From IMG/VR virus record IMGVR_UViG_3300018475_000095: 64,000 nucleotides of DNA; one strand, 5' to 3'. Under the pieces are notes generated by a model that did no database searches, was not told the origin of the DNA, and was given only the letters and a program-made list of their open reading frames with translations. Positions within the stretch are counted from its first letter, which is position 1; the number at the start of each line of letters is the position of its first letter. The stretch is from a virus (lineage: Duplodnaviria; Heunggongvirae; Uroviricota; Caudoviricetes). Positions 31,710-42,327 of this stretch are shown piece after piece. Made by a program: the position numbers and the translations under genes.

Positions 31710-32162
31710 CTATTCCTTTATACTTTCTAATGCTTTTAAATCTACTTTTATAATTCTTAATAGTCGTAAACAATTGGTTAAATCATAAGTTTTGAAATAA
31801 TTATTTAACACAGCTGTTATTTCAGAACTTCTAGCATGTTTTAAAAACATTTGTTTATCTTCAACTTGTCTTGCGTATAATAATATTTGAGTTAACATTG
31901 ATGAAAGAGTAGTTAAAACTTCATTTGTATCCTCTATTTCTTTAACTATATTTTTATAAAGATTAGATTTTTTATTATTGTAATTTTTTCTTAGTCTTTC
32001 ATAAAATGCAGCAACATCTAATTGCCTATTATCATTTATAAATTTAATAACAGATAAAGGTAAATTAAGAGATGAAATTAGTTCTTTAGTTGCTTCAGTA
32101 GTATCTATTCCTTTTTCTTCAATATCTGCTAATAAAATTAAACAATCATTTTTAGTTATCAT
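31710..32162 (-). CDS. Hypothetical protein downstream of portal
   Basis: Start MITKND after AAGGAG; 150 aa. Confidence 0.55.
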   Translation of the reverse strand: MITKNDCLILLADIEEKGIDTTEATKELISSLNLPLSVIKFINDNRQLDVAAFYERLRKNYNNKKSNLYKNIVKEIEDTNEVLTTLSSMLTQILLYARQVEDKQMFLKHARSSEITAVLNNYFKTYDLTNCLRLLRIIKVDLKALESIKE

Positions 32163-32197
32163 TGTATTATCTCCTTCCAATATAATTGGCTAGTTTA

Positions 32198-34072
32198 TTA
32201 AAATTCTAAATTATTATCTGTAAAATCTTCGCCTTCACCCGCTTCTTCAGGTGTTGGTAAAATATCTTCTTCCTCTTCTGGAGAAATTTCAGTTTCAGTC
32301 TCTAATCCTAATTCAGTGTCTAAGTCTAATGGTTCATTTTCTCCAAGTCCAATATCACTGCCTATGTTACTAGAACTACCTAATCCTAAATCTTCTTCCT
32401 CTTGAGAAGTTTCACTTAATCCTGGTTGCTCTAATTCATCTATCTGTTCTTCTAATAAGCTTGTTATATCTGAATCTGATATAACATTAGATAAAAGTAT
32501 TTTTAATATTTTAAGTTTTGTTGCTGGATTATCTACATCAGTTAAAAGATCCATGACATCTCTTACGATACCAATTCTTCCAACAGTATTTTCTCTTCTA
32601 TCAATTTCTTCTTGAGTTGTTGGTGGTTGCATTTTAATAGTAAACTTACCTAAGTAAGATTGTAAGCCTTTATCTATTAACATTAAATTAATAACATCAG
32701 TTATGCCTTGAATAACAGTGTTTTGGATTCTCTTTATTGCTTTAGCATATCTTGAAGATATAATTGCTAAAGATTGACCACCACTAAATCCTGCACCATC
32801 ATCAGTAAACCCAAAATATTGTTTAGGTACCCTTAATGCACCATAATATTTATTAGTAAAATAATCAACATCAGGTAATTGACCTACATTTACATCTCCA
32901 CCTATTTGGTTTGCTGTAATTGAACCCTGGCCATTATGAGTTGGTACATAAATATTATTTTCAATAGGTCCTGGGTTAGTGTAATCAGACATTGAATTAC
33001 CAGCATCAATTGCTGATTTTTGTTCTATTAATTGTTTTATACCTGCTAAATAACCTCTGACATCTTCTTTTGGCATATCACCAATTTCAACATTGATCAC
33101 TCTTGTAATAGATGATTTAGTTATTCTGTTTAATAGCATTGAGTTTTCTAATAAAGATAATTCACGCCATATTTTAAATACGTTGTATAAAAGGGACTGA
33201 CCACGTTTGACGGTGTACTCTGTACCATTATCTTTCTGTAAAGCATTGTCATCTCTAAATAATTTTACTTTTTCAGGTATTCTTGATGTGTTGTCTTCGA
33301 GAGCGGCATGAACAAATTTATCTCCATTATAAATATTTATATCATCTTTTTGGAATCTATAACTATAAGAAGTTGTTATTAAATTATTTTTATTCTTTGC
33401 TATTGTTCCGATATCTGTTTGTATAAAGCCAGCTGTTTTGCCAAATCTAGTTAATTCAAAAGTTGTAGCGGGATTTGGAACTGCTTCTATATAATGTACA
33501 TAATGATCAGTTGTTTTATAAAGATTTATATCTATAGCTTCTTTAAGAGATTTTCTCTTTTGAATATCTTCATCAGTTTCTTTATTTGCATTTGTATTGA
33601 AGAACTCGTCATTATTATATTCAGATTCTTTAAATAATTCCCAATAAATATCACCATATTTAATCAATGAGTAAACCCATTTATAAATATTTTTATCTAC
33701 CTTTAAACTTTTTAATAGATAAGTAATATATTTATTTACATTTGCATCATCAGATTCTGACCAAACAATTTCTCCATTTTCATTATATTCAGTAGCATCT
33801 TCTGCATATGTTTCTAATACAGCAGCAACTGTTGGATCATCACCCATCGTATCTAATAATTGGTATAGCTGATCTCGTGTCTGACTTGCTTGGTCAAATG
33901 AATTGATTGCAGATATATCTATTTTGCTACTATCACCTATCTCTGCTATTACCGAAGCAATACCTCGCTCTGCTAGATCAGTATCACTTTGTTGAGGTTT
34001 AGGAATAGGTCTTATCTTTTTATTATAATTAACTTCATCATCTATTACAGCTGAATCTATTTCATTAGGCAT
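32198..34072 (-). CDS. Portal protein (T4 gp20-like)
   Basis: DPTVAAVLETYAEDAT, LIKYGD, LSLLENSMLLNRITKS, DVDYF..KYYGALRVP motifs; next to terminase. Confidence 0.9.
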   Translation of the reverse strand: MPNEIDSAVIDDEVNYNKKIRPIPKPQQSDTDLAERGIASVIAEIGDSSKIDISAINSFDQASQTRDQLYQLLDTMGDDPTVAAVLETYAEDATEYNENGEIVWSESDDANVNKYITYLLKSLKVDKNIYKWVYSLIKYGDIYWELFKESEYNNDEFFNTNANKETDEDIQKRKSLKEAIDINLYKTTDHYVHYIEAVPNPATTFELTRFGKTAGFIQTDIGTIAKNKNNLITTSYSYRFQKDDINIYNGDKFVHAALEDNTSRIPEKVKLFRDDNALQKDNGTEYTVKRGQSLLYNVFKIWRELSLLENSMLLNRITKSSITRVINVEIGDMPKEDVRGYLAGIKQLIEQKSAIDAGNSMSDYTNPGPIENNIYVPTHNGQGSITANQIGGDVNVGQLPDVDYFTNKYYGALRVPKQYFGFTDDGAGFSGGQSLAIISSRYAKAIKRIQNTVIQGITDVINLMLIDKGLQSYLGKFTIKMQPPTTQEEIDRRENTVGRIGIVRDVMDLLTDVDNPATKLKILKILLSNVISDSDITSLLEEQIDELEQPGLSETSQEEEDLGLGSSSNIGSDIGLGENEPLDLDTELGLETETEISPEEEEDILPTPEEAGEGEDFTDNNLEF

Positions 34073-34090
34073 CTATCTATAAATCTCCTT

Positions 34091-37000
34091 TTAACCTCAG
34101 AATATAATCCCATCTCTTAATGCAGATGGCTTATAAGGTGTAGCTGAACCAAATCCAAAATCTATTGGTTTAAACGCATTAGAATTAGATTGGTTATTTT
34201 CTTTAAATTTAGCATTATTTTCTTGTTTATTTTCAATAGAACTGCTTTTATCTAATATTTTTTGCTTTTGTTTTGATAGAGGATCTAGTAAATTTTTTAT
34301 CTCTTCTTCAAATTCTATATTTATTTGTTTTTTAGTATAACTATCATTTGCTGTAGCATTACTTACTTGTAATGTTGTATCTAAACTTTCTCCGAAATCA
34401 AAAGCAAATTGTTCTGCATTTTTAGATGCATTAAATAATGCTCCACATACAGCATCGCACACGTCTTTTCGTCCACCATCAGGGTGATCTACTTTTCCAG
34501 TATTTATATTTCTTTCTAGATCTATAATTTCATCAATTAAAGTTTTAGAATCATATATTTCTAGTCTTTTCTCATAAATTGTAGATTTAAAATTTTGATA
34601 AGGTTTACATATATGATCTGAATCTACTCTATCAACAGATAAAACACTATACTTATATCCTTTAGCAAGTAATGCTTGACCTGTATCATAACTTTGGAAA
34701 GTATCTGTCGTGATACCTTGAATATTAAATCCTTGTTCTTTTAACCAATAAATAAAATTTCTATTCTTTTCAAAAGATATTTGATATCCTTTTGGTGCTT
34801 TAATCGAAACTGAAAAAGCAAGAGTATAAAATAAATCATTTGATTGATTTTCAGTTGTACTTAGTTTTTTACCTTTAATCCAAACACCTGCAATACCAGT
34901 CATATCTCCGCTTACTGACATATCTAGATGAATAAACAAAGGTCTACTCTTTAATCTTTTATTTACTTTACTTAAATCAAATAAATCATAGTATTGTATC
35001 TTATCTTCTTGACTATTTCCTATTTCTAATATATCTTTAATAAATGGATTTTGTAATTCAAGATTTTTAATTTCTTGTACTGCAACACCAGAAATATATT
35101 TACTAATTTCACTTGATGATATACCAGCAAAGTCACATAATGCTCTTTCAATATCATCTAAAAAGTTTGATTTAAAATCTATAGGAACTTCAATTATTTT
35201 ATAGCCTTTATCTCTCCATATATCTACATCATCATTAGTAGGTATAACTTGAGACATCAAGAACTTATTTCCTAAAGCTACATTAAATGTTTCTTCTTTA
35301 TAAGTACCTTTTGGCTTAACTTTCCAAACAGGTTCATCAACAATTAAAACATTTTCTTTCTCAGATTTTAATTTCTTTTTAATATGCTCTTCAAGGAATG
35401 ATTTTTCACTTCGTTTCGAAGATGCTAAAGCAAGTAAAGTAGGATTTATACCTTTATAAATAAACCTTGTTTTCATACCCCCAATAGCGGTATCAATCAT
35501 ATTAATTGCTTTTTCTTTTTGTTTATCTATATCTTGATTTCTCATAAATGAAATTTCATCAAAGAAAGCAAAGAAAATAGGCAAACCAATCAAGTCATCT
35601 GCTTGGGAACCAATTATTATATTGATATAATCAGGTGGAACCCATTTTAAATTAGTCCTACCTTCCATAGTTCCTCTTGCCATAAACCATGGTGAAAGTT
35701 TTACTGTGTTTTGAAATTTACTAATACCAATTTCTTCTGCTAAAGCTAATTTAATATTCATAAAAGCAAAACATATTTTTTCAGTTGGTTTTAAGTGAAA
35801 AAATTCAATTGGGTTTTTCAAGCACATTATCCTGTACATTAGATAACAAGCAACAGCAACAGCGATTTCGGAATTATGTGTAACTATACAATTATCAGTT
35901 AAATACAAATGATCATCACTATTAATCATTATGCATTGACATTCAACTTTTCTAGACAATTCAATTGATTCTATAGCTCTACTAGGATTTAAAGAATTAG
36001 GATTAATTCTAGATAGTTTTCGTGATAATTTAAATGGTTTTATTTCTTTAGGTAATTTTATAGAGATAGTATAGCTTGTATTACATTCTATAACTTTCCC
36101 ATCTTTTTTATATTTACCTGTAACTTCTTTGTATTGAGCTACACCACCTAATGATTGTACTAGATAAATAAAATTGTCACAAAGTTGTGAACTGATTGTA
36201 TTAAATTGGATTGTTGATCCATTTTTTGTTATTGTACCATCAGTATCCATTAATCCTTGTAATAATTCAATTCTATCTTCGACTGAGCTATGTAAATAAA
36301 TATTTGGTATAAATTTATCAGCTGAAGATTTTATCAGATTTAAATCATGTAATGCTTCAACAAAAGGATTTGGTTCGGCGACAGGATTACCTTTAGGACC
36401 AACAGTAAATTTTTTTACTTTTTGAGAAAATATATATCCATACTTACATGATGGTAATGGGCTTATTTTTATGTTATCAAATGTTTTATCTAATTTATTT
36501 GATATATAATCGATTAATTCTTTATCTGCACTTGTTAATGAACATGAGTTTCTTCGGATACAGCCATCGCCTAAAATTACCCCTAATATATATGGATCAA
36601 TTAGTAGTTCTTTTTTCTCAAACTCAATTGGCTTAGTTACAGGTATATAATAAAGATGTTCTTTATATTTACCTTGTTTTACCTTAATTAATGGTTTGTC
36701 GAATAACTCTTGCAAATGAATAGTTTTCTTATACTTATAATTATTTTTTGGCAAAATTGTCCAAAGATGTTCTTTACAACATTCAGTAGTTGTTTTATCT
36801 GTAAAAGTTATTTTATAAACATCTTTAACACCTTGCGGAAAAATATGAGTGACGATATGTGGCTTACCATCCGCTCCAATTACATTCATACCAGGTTTAA
36901 TTGATCCCATAGGAATAAACCCATCAGATGTCATAACTTTACTATCTAATGGTTGTGCTTTACCTAAACCTCTTGCTCCTGATTCAATAAATGTATTTAC

Positions 37001-37276
37001 ACTAGTTGAAATATTATCCGGAAATAATTTTTTTAATTTTTCTCTTCAAAAAGGATATAATTTAGATTTACCTTCAGCATCATGTCAAGCATGTCCTAAA
37101 TAATTATTGTCATCTAAGAATGTTTCTATGTCTACGGGTATCTCGTTATAATCTGCGTATTTTAAATCTTCAAATACTTTAGAGGTACCTTCTTTTGAAA
37201 ATTCTTCTAAAATACTTAAAGCTAATTTTTTCTCTTCTTCTGAAAGATTATTTAATTCATCGAAATTATAAGTCAT
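34091..37276 (-). CDS. Terminase large subunit, 1061 aa precursor with intein; three in-frame TGA read as Trp
   Basis: One frame from ATG 37276 (AAGGAG) to TAA 34091 apart from TGA at 37085, 37046 and 34097; Walker A GARGLGK|S, FFDEIS Walker B, HLDMS and KDVCDAVCG nuclease motifs. Confidence 0.9.
35873..36958 (-). mobile_element. Class-3-type intein with LAGLIDADG homing endonuclease (362 aa)
   Basis: Starts Ala (GLGK|AQPLDSKV), ends VTHN|S; block B HLW, block F CQCI, block G T (WCT triad); LGVILGDG and LQGLMDTDG LAGLIDADG motifs. Confidence 0.9.
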
Positions 37277-37301
37277 TGGCTACATAATCTCCTTATCTTA
37301 T

Positions 37302-38081
37302 TTAGTTATCAAATTTAAACATTTCACGTTCTCTAGGAGATAATTCAGACATTAAATCTTCAATATCTAATAAATCTTCTAAGTCATCTTTTTCTCTATC
37401 TGGATCTATATTTATTAGGTCATCTTCTATTTCATAACTTACATTATCTACTTGAATTATTATAGAAGGTTTCTTAGTTAATATAATATCCAAATCTTCA
37501 TAATCATAGTAATCTTTTAATTCTCTGTCTAAATGGTATCTTATTTCTTCGATAGCATCTTCATAACTGTCAAAAGTAAATTCCAATGCTCTATTAGTTA
37601 ATCTATTCAAACCTCTGAATATAGCTTGTTGTTTTTTATATTCCTTACCTTCAAGAGTTTCTCTTACAACTAGCACTGGATATTTCTTATCCCAACCAAA
37701 TAATTCTCCAAGAGTAAACATTCTATGTCTACCTTCTTGCATATTTTCAGCATAATTTAAAACTGTTATAGGAAATTTTTTCTTTTGTTTTAAGATAACA
37801 TTTTTTAAATGTTCAAGATCTTCTGATTCACGTTGAATTTGTTTATATTGCTTTTCAAAAGTGCTATCGAATATTTCTGCACATGCTTCAAAATATTCTC
37901 TAGGGCTAAGCATTTCAATAGAAGAAGTTGTTTTAAAATATTTATTTGTATTTTCTGGATCTCGTAAATAATCTGTATACTTTGACATTTCACTTTTTGT
38001 TACATCAAAATATTGATTATTTTCTATGTTACCAGTTCCATAATCATTTAAGTAAATTCTATTTTCTTTTAAAAATTTCAT
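37302..38081 (-). CDS. Protein with ParB/Srx-like motif
   Basis: PITVL...QEGRHR...YPVLVV ParB-N-type signature. Confidence 0.5.
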   Translation of the reverse strand: MKFLKENRIYLNDYGTGNIENNQYFDVTKSEMSKYTDYLRDPENTNKYFKTTSSIEMLSPREYFEACAEIFDSTFEKQYKQIQRESEDLEHLKNVILKQKKKFPITVLNYAENMQEGRHRMFTLGELFGWDKKYPVLVVRETLEGKEYKKQQAIFRGLNRLTNRALEFTFDSYEDAIEEIRYHLDRELKDYYDYEDLDIILTKKPSIIIQVDNVSYEIEDDLINIDPDREKDDLEDLLDIEDLMSELSPREREMFKFDN

Positions 38082-39385
38082 TAAAATACCTCTGTAATAA
38101 GAGCATCGTTTAATCTATCATTAAAAATGCTTTCGTCAAATTCCATTCAACTGTATTGAGGTTCTCTAAAATAGAAATCTTCTGCTGTATAATTAACAAA
38201 AGCTTCTTCTGTTGAACAACCTTTTATATAATCATATAGATCTAAAATATCTTTGTCTGTTAAATAGATTTCATAATGTTGAGTTTCTTGATTTGCTTTA
38301 TACTTAAAAGGTATAGCCTTATCTAAAGCTTTATTAAAATCCTTAACACATGCTTCTTGACTACCTACATTATATGCATCATTTACAGCCATATTGATAG
38401 CATCATGTAAAGCATCATTTTCATTTAATTCATTAATTAAATTATCTAAAGAAATATTATGATCTTTTAGTATTTCTTTATTTGTGTCATTTAAGTAAGT
38501 GGTGATAAAATCTAATTCTTCCGCTGAATATCAATAAGGTGTTCAATCTCATTGTTCATAAATATCACCGGTCATACAAGAAAGTAAAAAATCTTCTGAC
38601 CAAGTTCTGTTAGAAAGCCCTTCAGCTAATTTACTCATTCTAACATCTAAAATAGAATAATTATCATCGAAAGGTTTCAACCCTTCTAATTTCTCTCTGA
38701 TTAAAGGTTTATAAAAATTATATAAATTTTCATTACCTGAAGTTACAAAGAAAGATTTTACATCGATAGGATCATCATCCATATCCATAAAAGAACCTGA
38801 CTCAAAATGAAATTGATATTTATCATTAGTTCTTTTATTTATGTTTATATACAAAGGTCCTTGATCAGTATACATATCATAATAATAGTCACTTGAAGTT
38901 GATGCAGTACACCAACTTGTATCTCTACCTAACTTACAACTAGCTTCATAAGTTTTAGGAATATATACTTTTCAATTAGAGTCTTCATAAACTAATTCAG
39001 CGTCTTTTTCAATATCAGAAGCTCTTACAGCTTTTTGAGTCTGTCTTAATTCTTGTCTTTGAGATAGTTCTTTATATGAATTTTTATCATTTAGATAGTT
39101 ATCTAAATCTTCAAGAGATTTAAAAGTCATTATATCTTTATTTTTAAGATTTTTCTTATTCTCTTCAAATCTTTTTAATATATCGGTAACATGCCCAATA
39201 TTATCTAGTTTGTTTTTATTAGCAAGACTTAAAATCCATTTAGCATAAGTTCCTGCAATATCACCACCTTTATATGTAGGATCTAGTTGAATTAATGCTA
39301 AATATTTTTTATCATCAATTTTTGGAAAATATTTTTTTAAATCTCATATATCTTCCAATAATAATTCTTCTCTTAAAAATCGCAT
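38081..39385 (-). CDS. 434-aa phage protein hidden by six in-frame TGA (Trp); WCT-motif, PcfJ-like (tentative)
   Basis: ATG 39385 after AGAGGA; TGA at 39344, 38972, 38549, 38543, 38531 and 38147 all in frame; ends TAA overlapping next ATG (TAATG); joins track ORFs 38549..38875 and 38147..38392. Confidence 0.8.
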
Positions 39386-40449
39386 TGTTTAAAATCCTCT
39401 ACAAAAGTATCATACACCTCAGTTAATTTATAACTTTTATCAAATATAATTTGTTTATAATTATTTGCTTTACAATCAATTAAAATTCTAACTTTTTGTT
39501 TCTTATTATTTTTATTAACTATATAATATTTATGAATAATAATTCTACTTCCTAAATATGTTCTAGTTTTAATATCTAAATTATAATCAATAATTAAATC
39601 TTTATAAGCAGATTTCTTTTTATTTAATATATACAGTATTTTTTCTTTAATTTCTTCTAACTTTACTTCTTTAGGTTGCTTTCTATCTGATATCTTTGTT
39701 AATATCTTTTTTAATATAATTGCTACTATTAAAATTAAAATATAAACTATTAGTGCAATTGGAGGACCATTTCCCTCTTTACCAAAGAATATGTCTAACC
39801 CAGGTATTCTCATAAATAATAACATGCAATATAAACCTATGAATTTACATATTGCATTTACTATAACATAAAATGAAAAATTCATTTTAATTGAACCTAC
39901 TACTAATGATATTAAATCATCTGGGAATATAGGAAATAAAACAGTAGCACCATATATCCATTTACCTGTCTTACTATTTAATTTTTTACTCCATAATTCA
40001 TAATCTTCATTAGAACCTGCTACCCATTTTATAGCTGGTTTACCGAATGTTCTTCCTATCCAGTATGATGCTATAGCACCTGTTATAGTGGCAGAGCATA
40101 CAAATACAACAAAAAATAAAGTAGTTAGACTAAATAAATTTGCTATCTCATTTCCATTAGCAACTAAATTAGGTATTTGATTACAAGCTACCAAAATAGG
40201 TAATGCTGGAATTGGAATTATAGCTACTTGAGCAAACATAATCACTCAGATTATTGCATACACCAACCAACCAGACTTACCTTCTATAAGACCAGAACCA
40301 AAAAATTCTTCTATTGCAGGTATCTCAAATATACCTTCTGATATAGCCATAAATGCCATGCATATTATAATAACTCTTAAAGCTTTCTGCCACTGCTCTA
40401 TAGTTACTTTGTTTAATAATTTTTTTATTATATTATCTTCTCTTTTCAT
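39373..40449 (-). CDS. DedA/VTT (TVP38/TMEM64-like) membrane protein; in-frame TGA at 40246
   Basis: Track ORFs 40246..40449 and 39373..40245 are one frame joined by TGA (YAII*VIMFAQV); GAIASYWIGR.FG and LFPIFPDDLI motifs. Confidence 0.8.
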
Positions 40450-40525
40450 ATTATTCTCACTTAATTTAACATATCTAGATTTAATGAAACTATACTTGCT
40501 TATAATTTATATTAAAAATAATAAA

Positions 40526-40564
40526 AAGTCTTTAGAATTACTTAAAAACAAGTTCTAAAGACTT
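40526..40564 (-). terminator. Terminator after holin
   Basis: AAGTCTTTAGAA/TTCTAAAGACTT 12-bp stem followed by T tract on the minus strand. Confidence 0.7.
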
Positions 40565-40570
40565 CTTTAA

Positions 40571-40954
40571 TTAAAAACTAGATAAAGTTTGTTTAGATGA
40601 TTTAACCTCAACTTCAATACCTTGTTCTTTTGCTATTTGTTTAACTTGTTCAGATACTCCATAAACTGCTGCTTCTATCAATGTTTTTAAATGTGGGTTA
40701 TTAGTCATATTAGGGAATTTAGCTAATACTTCATTTAAAACATATTCATATTTTTCTTTACCAGTTTTCTTTCCTAAATTTGGGTAAAGTTGTTCTGCTG
40801 CTTTTACTGCATTTGTTATGAAATTATCTACTCGTTTATCTTGAATCTTTGCTTTTAATTTTGCAAATAAAATAGAACCAAAAGTTGTAATTAAAGTAGC
40901 AATAACAACGCCTGCTATTTTAACTCCATAATCTAAAATTATTGACCAATCCAT
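40571..40954 (-). CDS. Holin (LL-H family-like)
   Basis: One N-terminal TM helix then AVKAAEQLY...GKEKYEYV...IEAAVY. Confidence 0.7.
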   Translation of the reverse strand: MDWSIILDYGVKIAGVVIATLITTFGSILFAKLKAKIQDKRVDNFITNAVKAAEQLYPNLGKKTGKEKYEYVLNEVLAKFPNMTNNPHLKTLIEAAVYGVSEQVKQIAKEQGIEVEVKSSKQTLSSF

Positions 40955-41706
40955 TATCTATCTCCCTTAATTTTATTTGCTACATTTTCAATAAATTTAG
41001 CATCTTCTAATTCTTTCTTTCTAATTATTTCTCTTCTAGTAGTGAAATCACATTCTATATTTCCCAACATTGGTAATAAACTTGCTACTAATATAATTAA
41101 GAAATAAGCCGCTACATTCCAAGATACACAGAAGCAAATCAAAGAAAGAACAATAACTTCAGGGAATAATATTTCAACTAACTTTAACATATTAGTAAAA
41201 ACTATTGAACTTCTTCCTACTACATTCATTTCTTTTGCATTTTCATAAGATTGAATTTTTCTATTTATTACCTTGGCTATTTTGCCTGCAACTAAATGAG
41301 ATAAGAATAATAAACCAAAGCAAACTACGATACCACTTTTTCTAAGTTTTGTTAAATCAAAATTCTGTATTTCAATATCACTATAAATAAATGCTACTAT
41401 TGAAAATATTACAGCTATGATTGCCATCAACCAGGTGTTTAAATGAGTAAAGAAATTTTTAACTTTTGCAGAGTATCTTTTAAAACAAAATTTCTTTATC
41501 AAATAAAATATCAATAATAAACTTGCTGCAGCTATTGTTATCCAAAATATAACATTATTTGGTATTGCAGAAGTTATTTTGGTACCAATTTCTGTTATTC
41601 TTAATGTAGGTAAAGCAAACCAACAAGTACCTACTGTAGTTGCTAATCCTAATATAATATTTAAAATATTTATAAATATAAATAAAAATCCTTTAAATAT
41701 TTTCAT
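40954..41706 (-). CDS. Multi-pass membrane protein
   Basis: About six hydrophobic segments; coupled to the holin gene. Confidence 0.6.
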   Translation of the reverse strand: MKIFKGFLFIFINILNIILGLATTVGTCWFALPTLRITEIGTKITSAIPNNVIFWITIAAASLLLIFYLIKKFCFKRYSAKVKNFFTHLNTWLMAIIAVIFSIVAFIYSDIEIQNFDLTKLRKSGIVVCFGLLFLSHLVAGKIAKVINRKIQSYENAKEMNVVGRSSIVFTNMLKLVEILFPEVIVLSLICFCVSWNVAAYFLIILVASLLPMLGNIECDFTTRREIIRKKELEDAKFIENVANKIKGDR

Positions 41707-41715
41707 CTTAATCTC

Positions 41716-42318
41716 CTAATTTGATTCTTGATACTCTATAACTAAATGTGTTATAGGTTCATTTATTATATCTATACTATCAAAGAAATATTGAGTTATC
41801 GTATCCCCAGACGCTGTTGAACTTGAACCCGACAGGATAGCTTTAAACACTCCACCTGTTTTATCTAGCACTAAATTCATAACTCCTGTATTACCTGTAT
41901 CAGAAGAGATAAATTTAACTGATTTTGTAGTTCCATTATCTGGCTCAACAGCTGTTGGTCTAAAGGTAATAAAAGTTTCATTTGATAACAAAGTAACATT
42001 TTCTTGTGATGCTGATAAACTTCCTGATAAAGAATTTGTTAATTTAAACCTATTACCGCTGATATCATTAGTTAATTTAAATCCAATAAATAGTAAAGTT
42101 CCACCGTTTGATGGATTTGTATAACTTAAGATTTCTTCCAGATATTCGTTTAAAGTATCTTTATCATAATGAGTAACACCTATGCCAATGCTTTTATCTA
42201 TAGATTGATCTTCATCTGGAGTACCATATAAAGTATTATCATCTAATTCATTATTTAATTTCTTTTGATTATATAATTCTTCTGATAAGTAAACTATCCC
42301 TTTAAAATTTTCTGCCAT
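41716..42318 (-). CDS. Tail fibre/adhesin-associated protein
   Basis: N-terminus MAENFKGIVYLS...TLYGTPD parallels MTQNFKGIVRLS...TLYITPD of 57602..58759. Confidence 0.5.
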   Translation of the reverse strand: MAENFKGIVYLSEELYNQKKLNNELDDNTLYGTPDEDQSIDKSIGIGVTHYDKDTLNEYLEEILSYTNPSNGGTLLFIGFKLTNDISGNRFKLTNSLSGSLSASQENVTLLSNETFITFRPTAVEPDNGTTKSVKFISSDTGNTGVMNLVLDKTGGVFKAILSGSSSTASGDTITQYFFDSIDIINEPITHLVIEYQESN

Positions 42319-42327
42319 TTATTACCC

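Noticed and set aside
31699-31773. Track's longer N-terminus for the 31531 ORF, and other extended starts (1347, 5020, 5996, 24656, 58798)
   Set aside because: These extensions overlap upstream genes; downstream ATGs have clear SD sequences and were used instead.
37276-37294. In-frame ATG-TAG start-stop element just upstream of the terminase start
   Set aside because: The first ATG is only 3 nt from the AAGGAG SD, too close for efficient initiation; probably chance.
34097-40248. Interpreting the TGA-broken genes as pseudogenes, or TGA as Gly or Sec
   Set aside because: An essential terminase with intact motifs and no frameshifts is unlikely to be dead. Thirteen lesions that are all TGA, never TAA/TAG, argue for recoding. 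Contexts fit Trp rather than Gly, and no SECIS-like or redox-Cys context is apparent.
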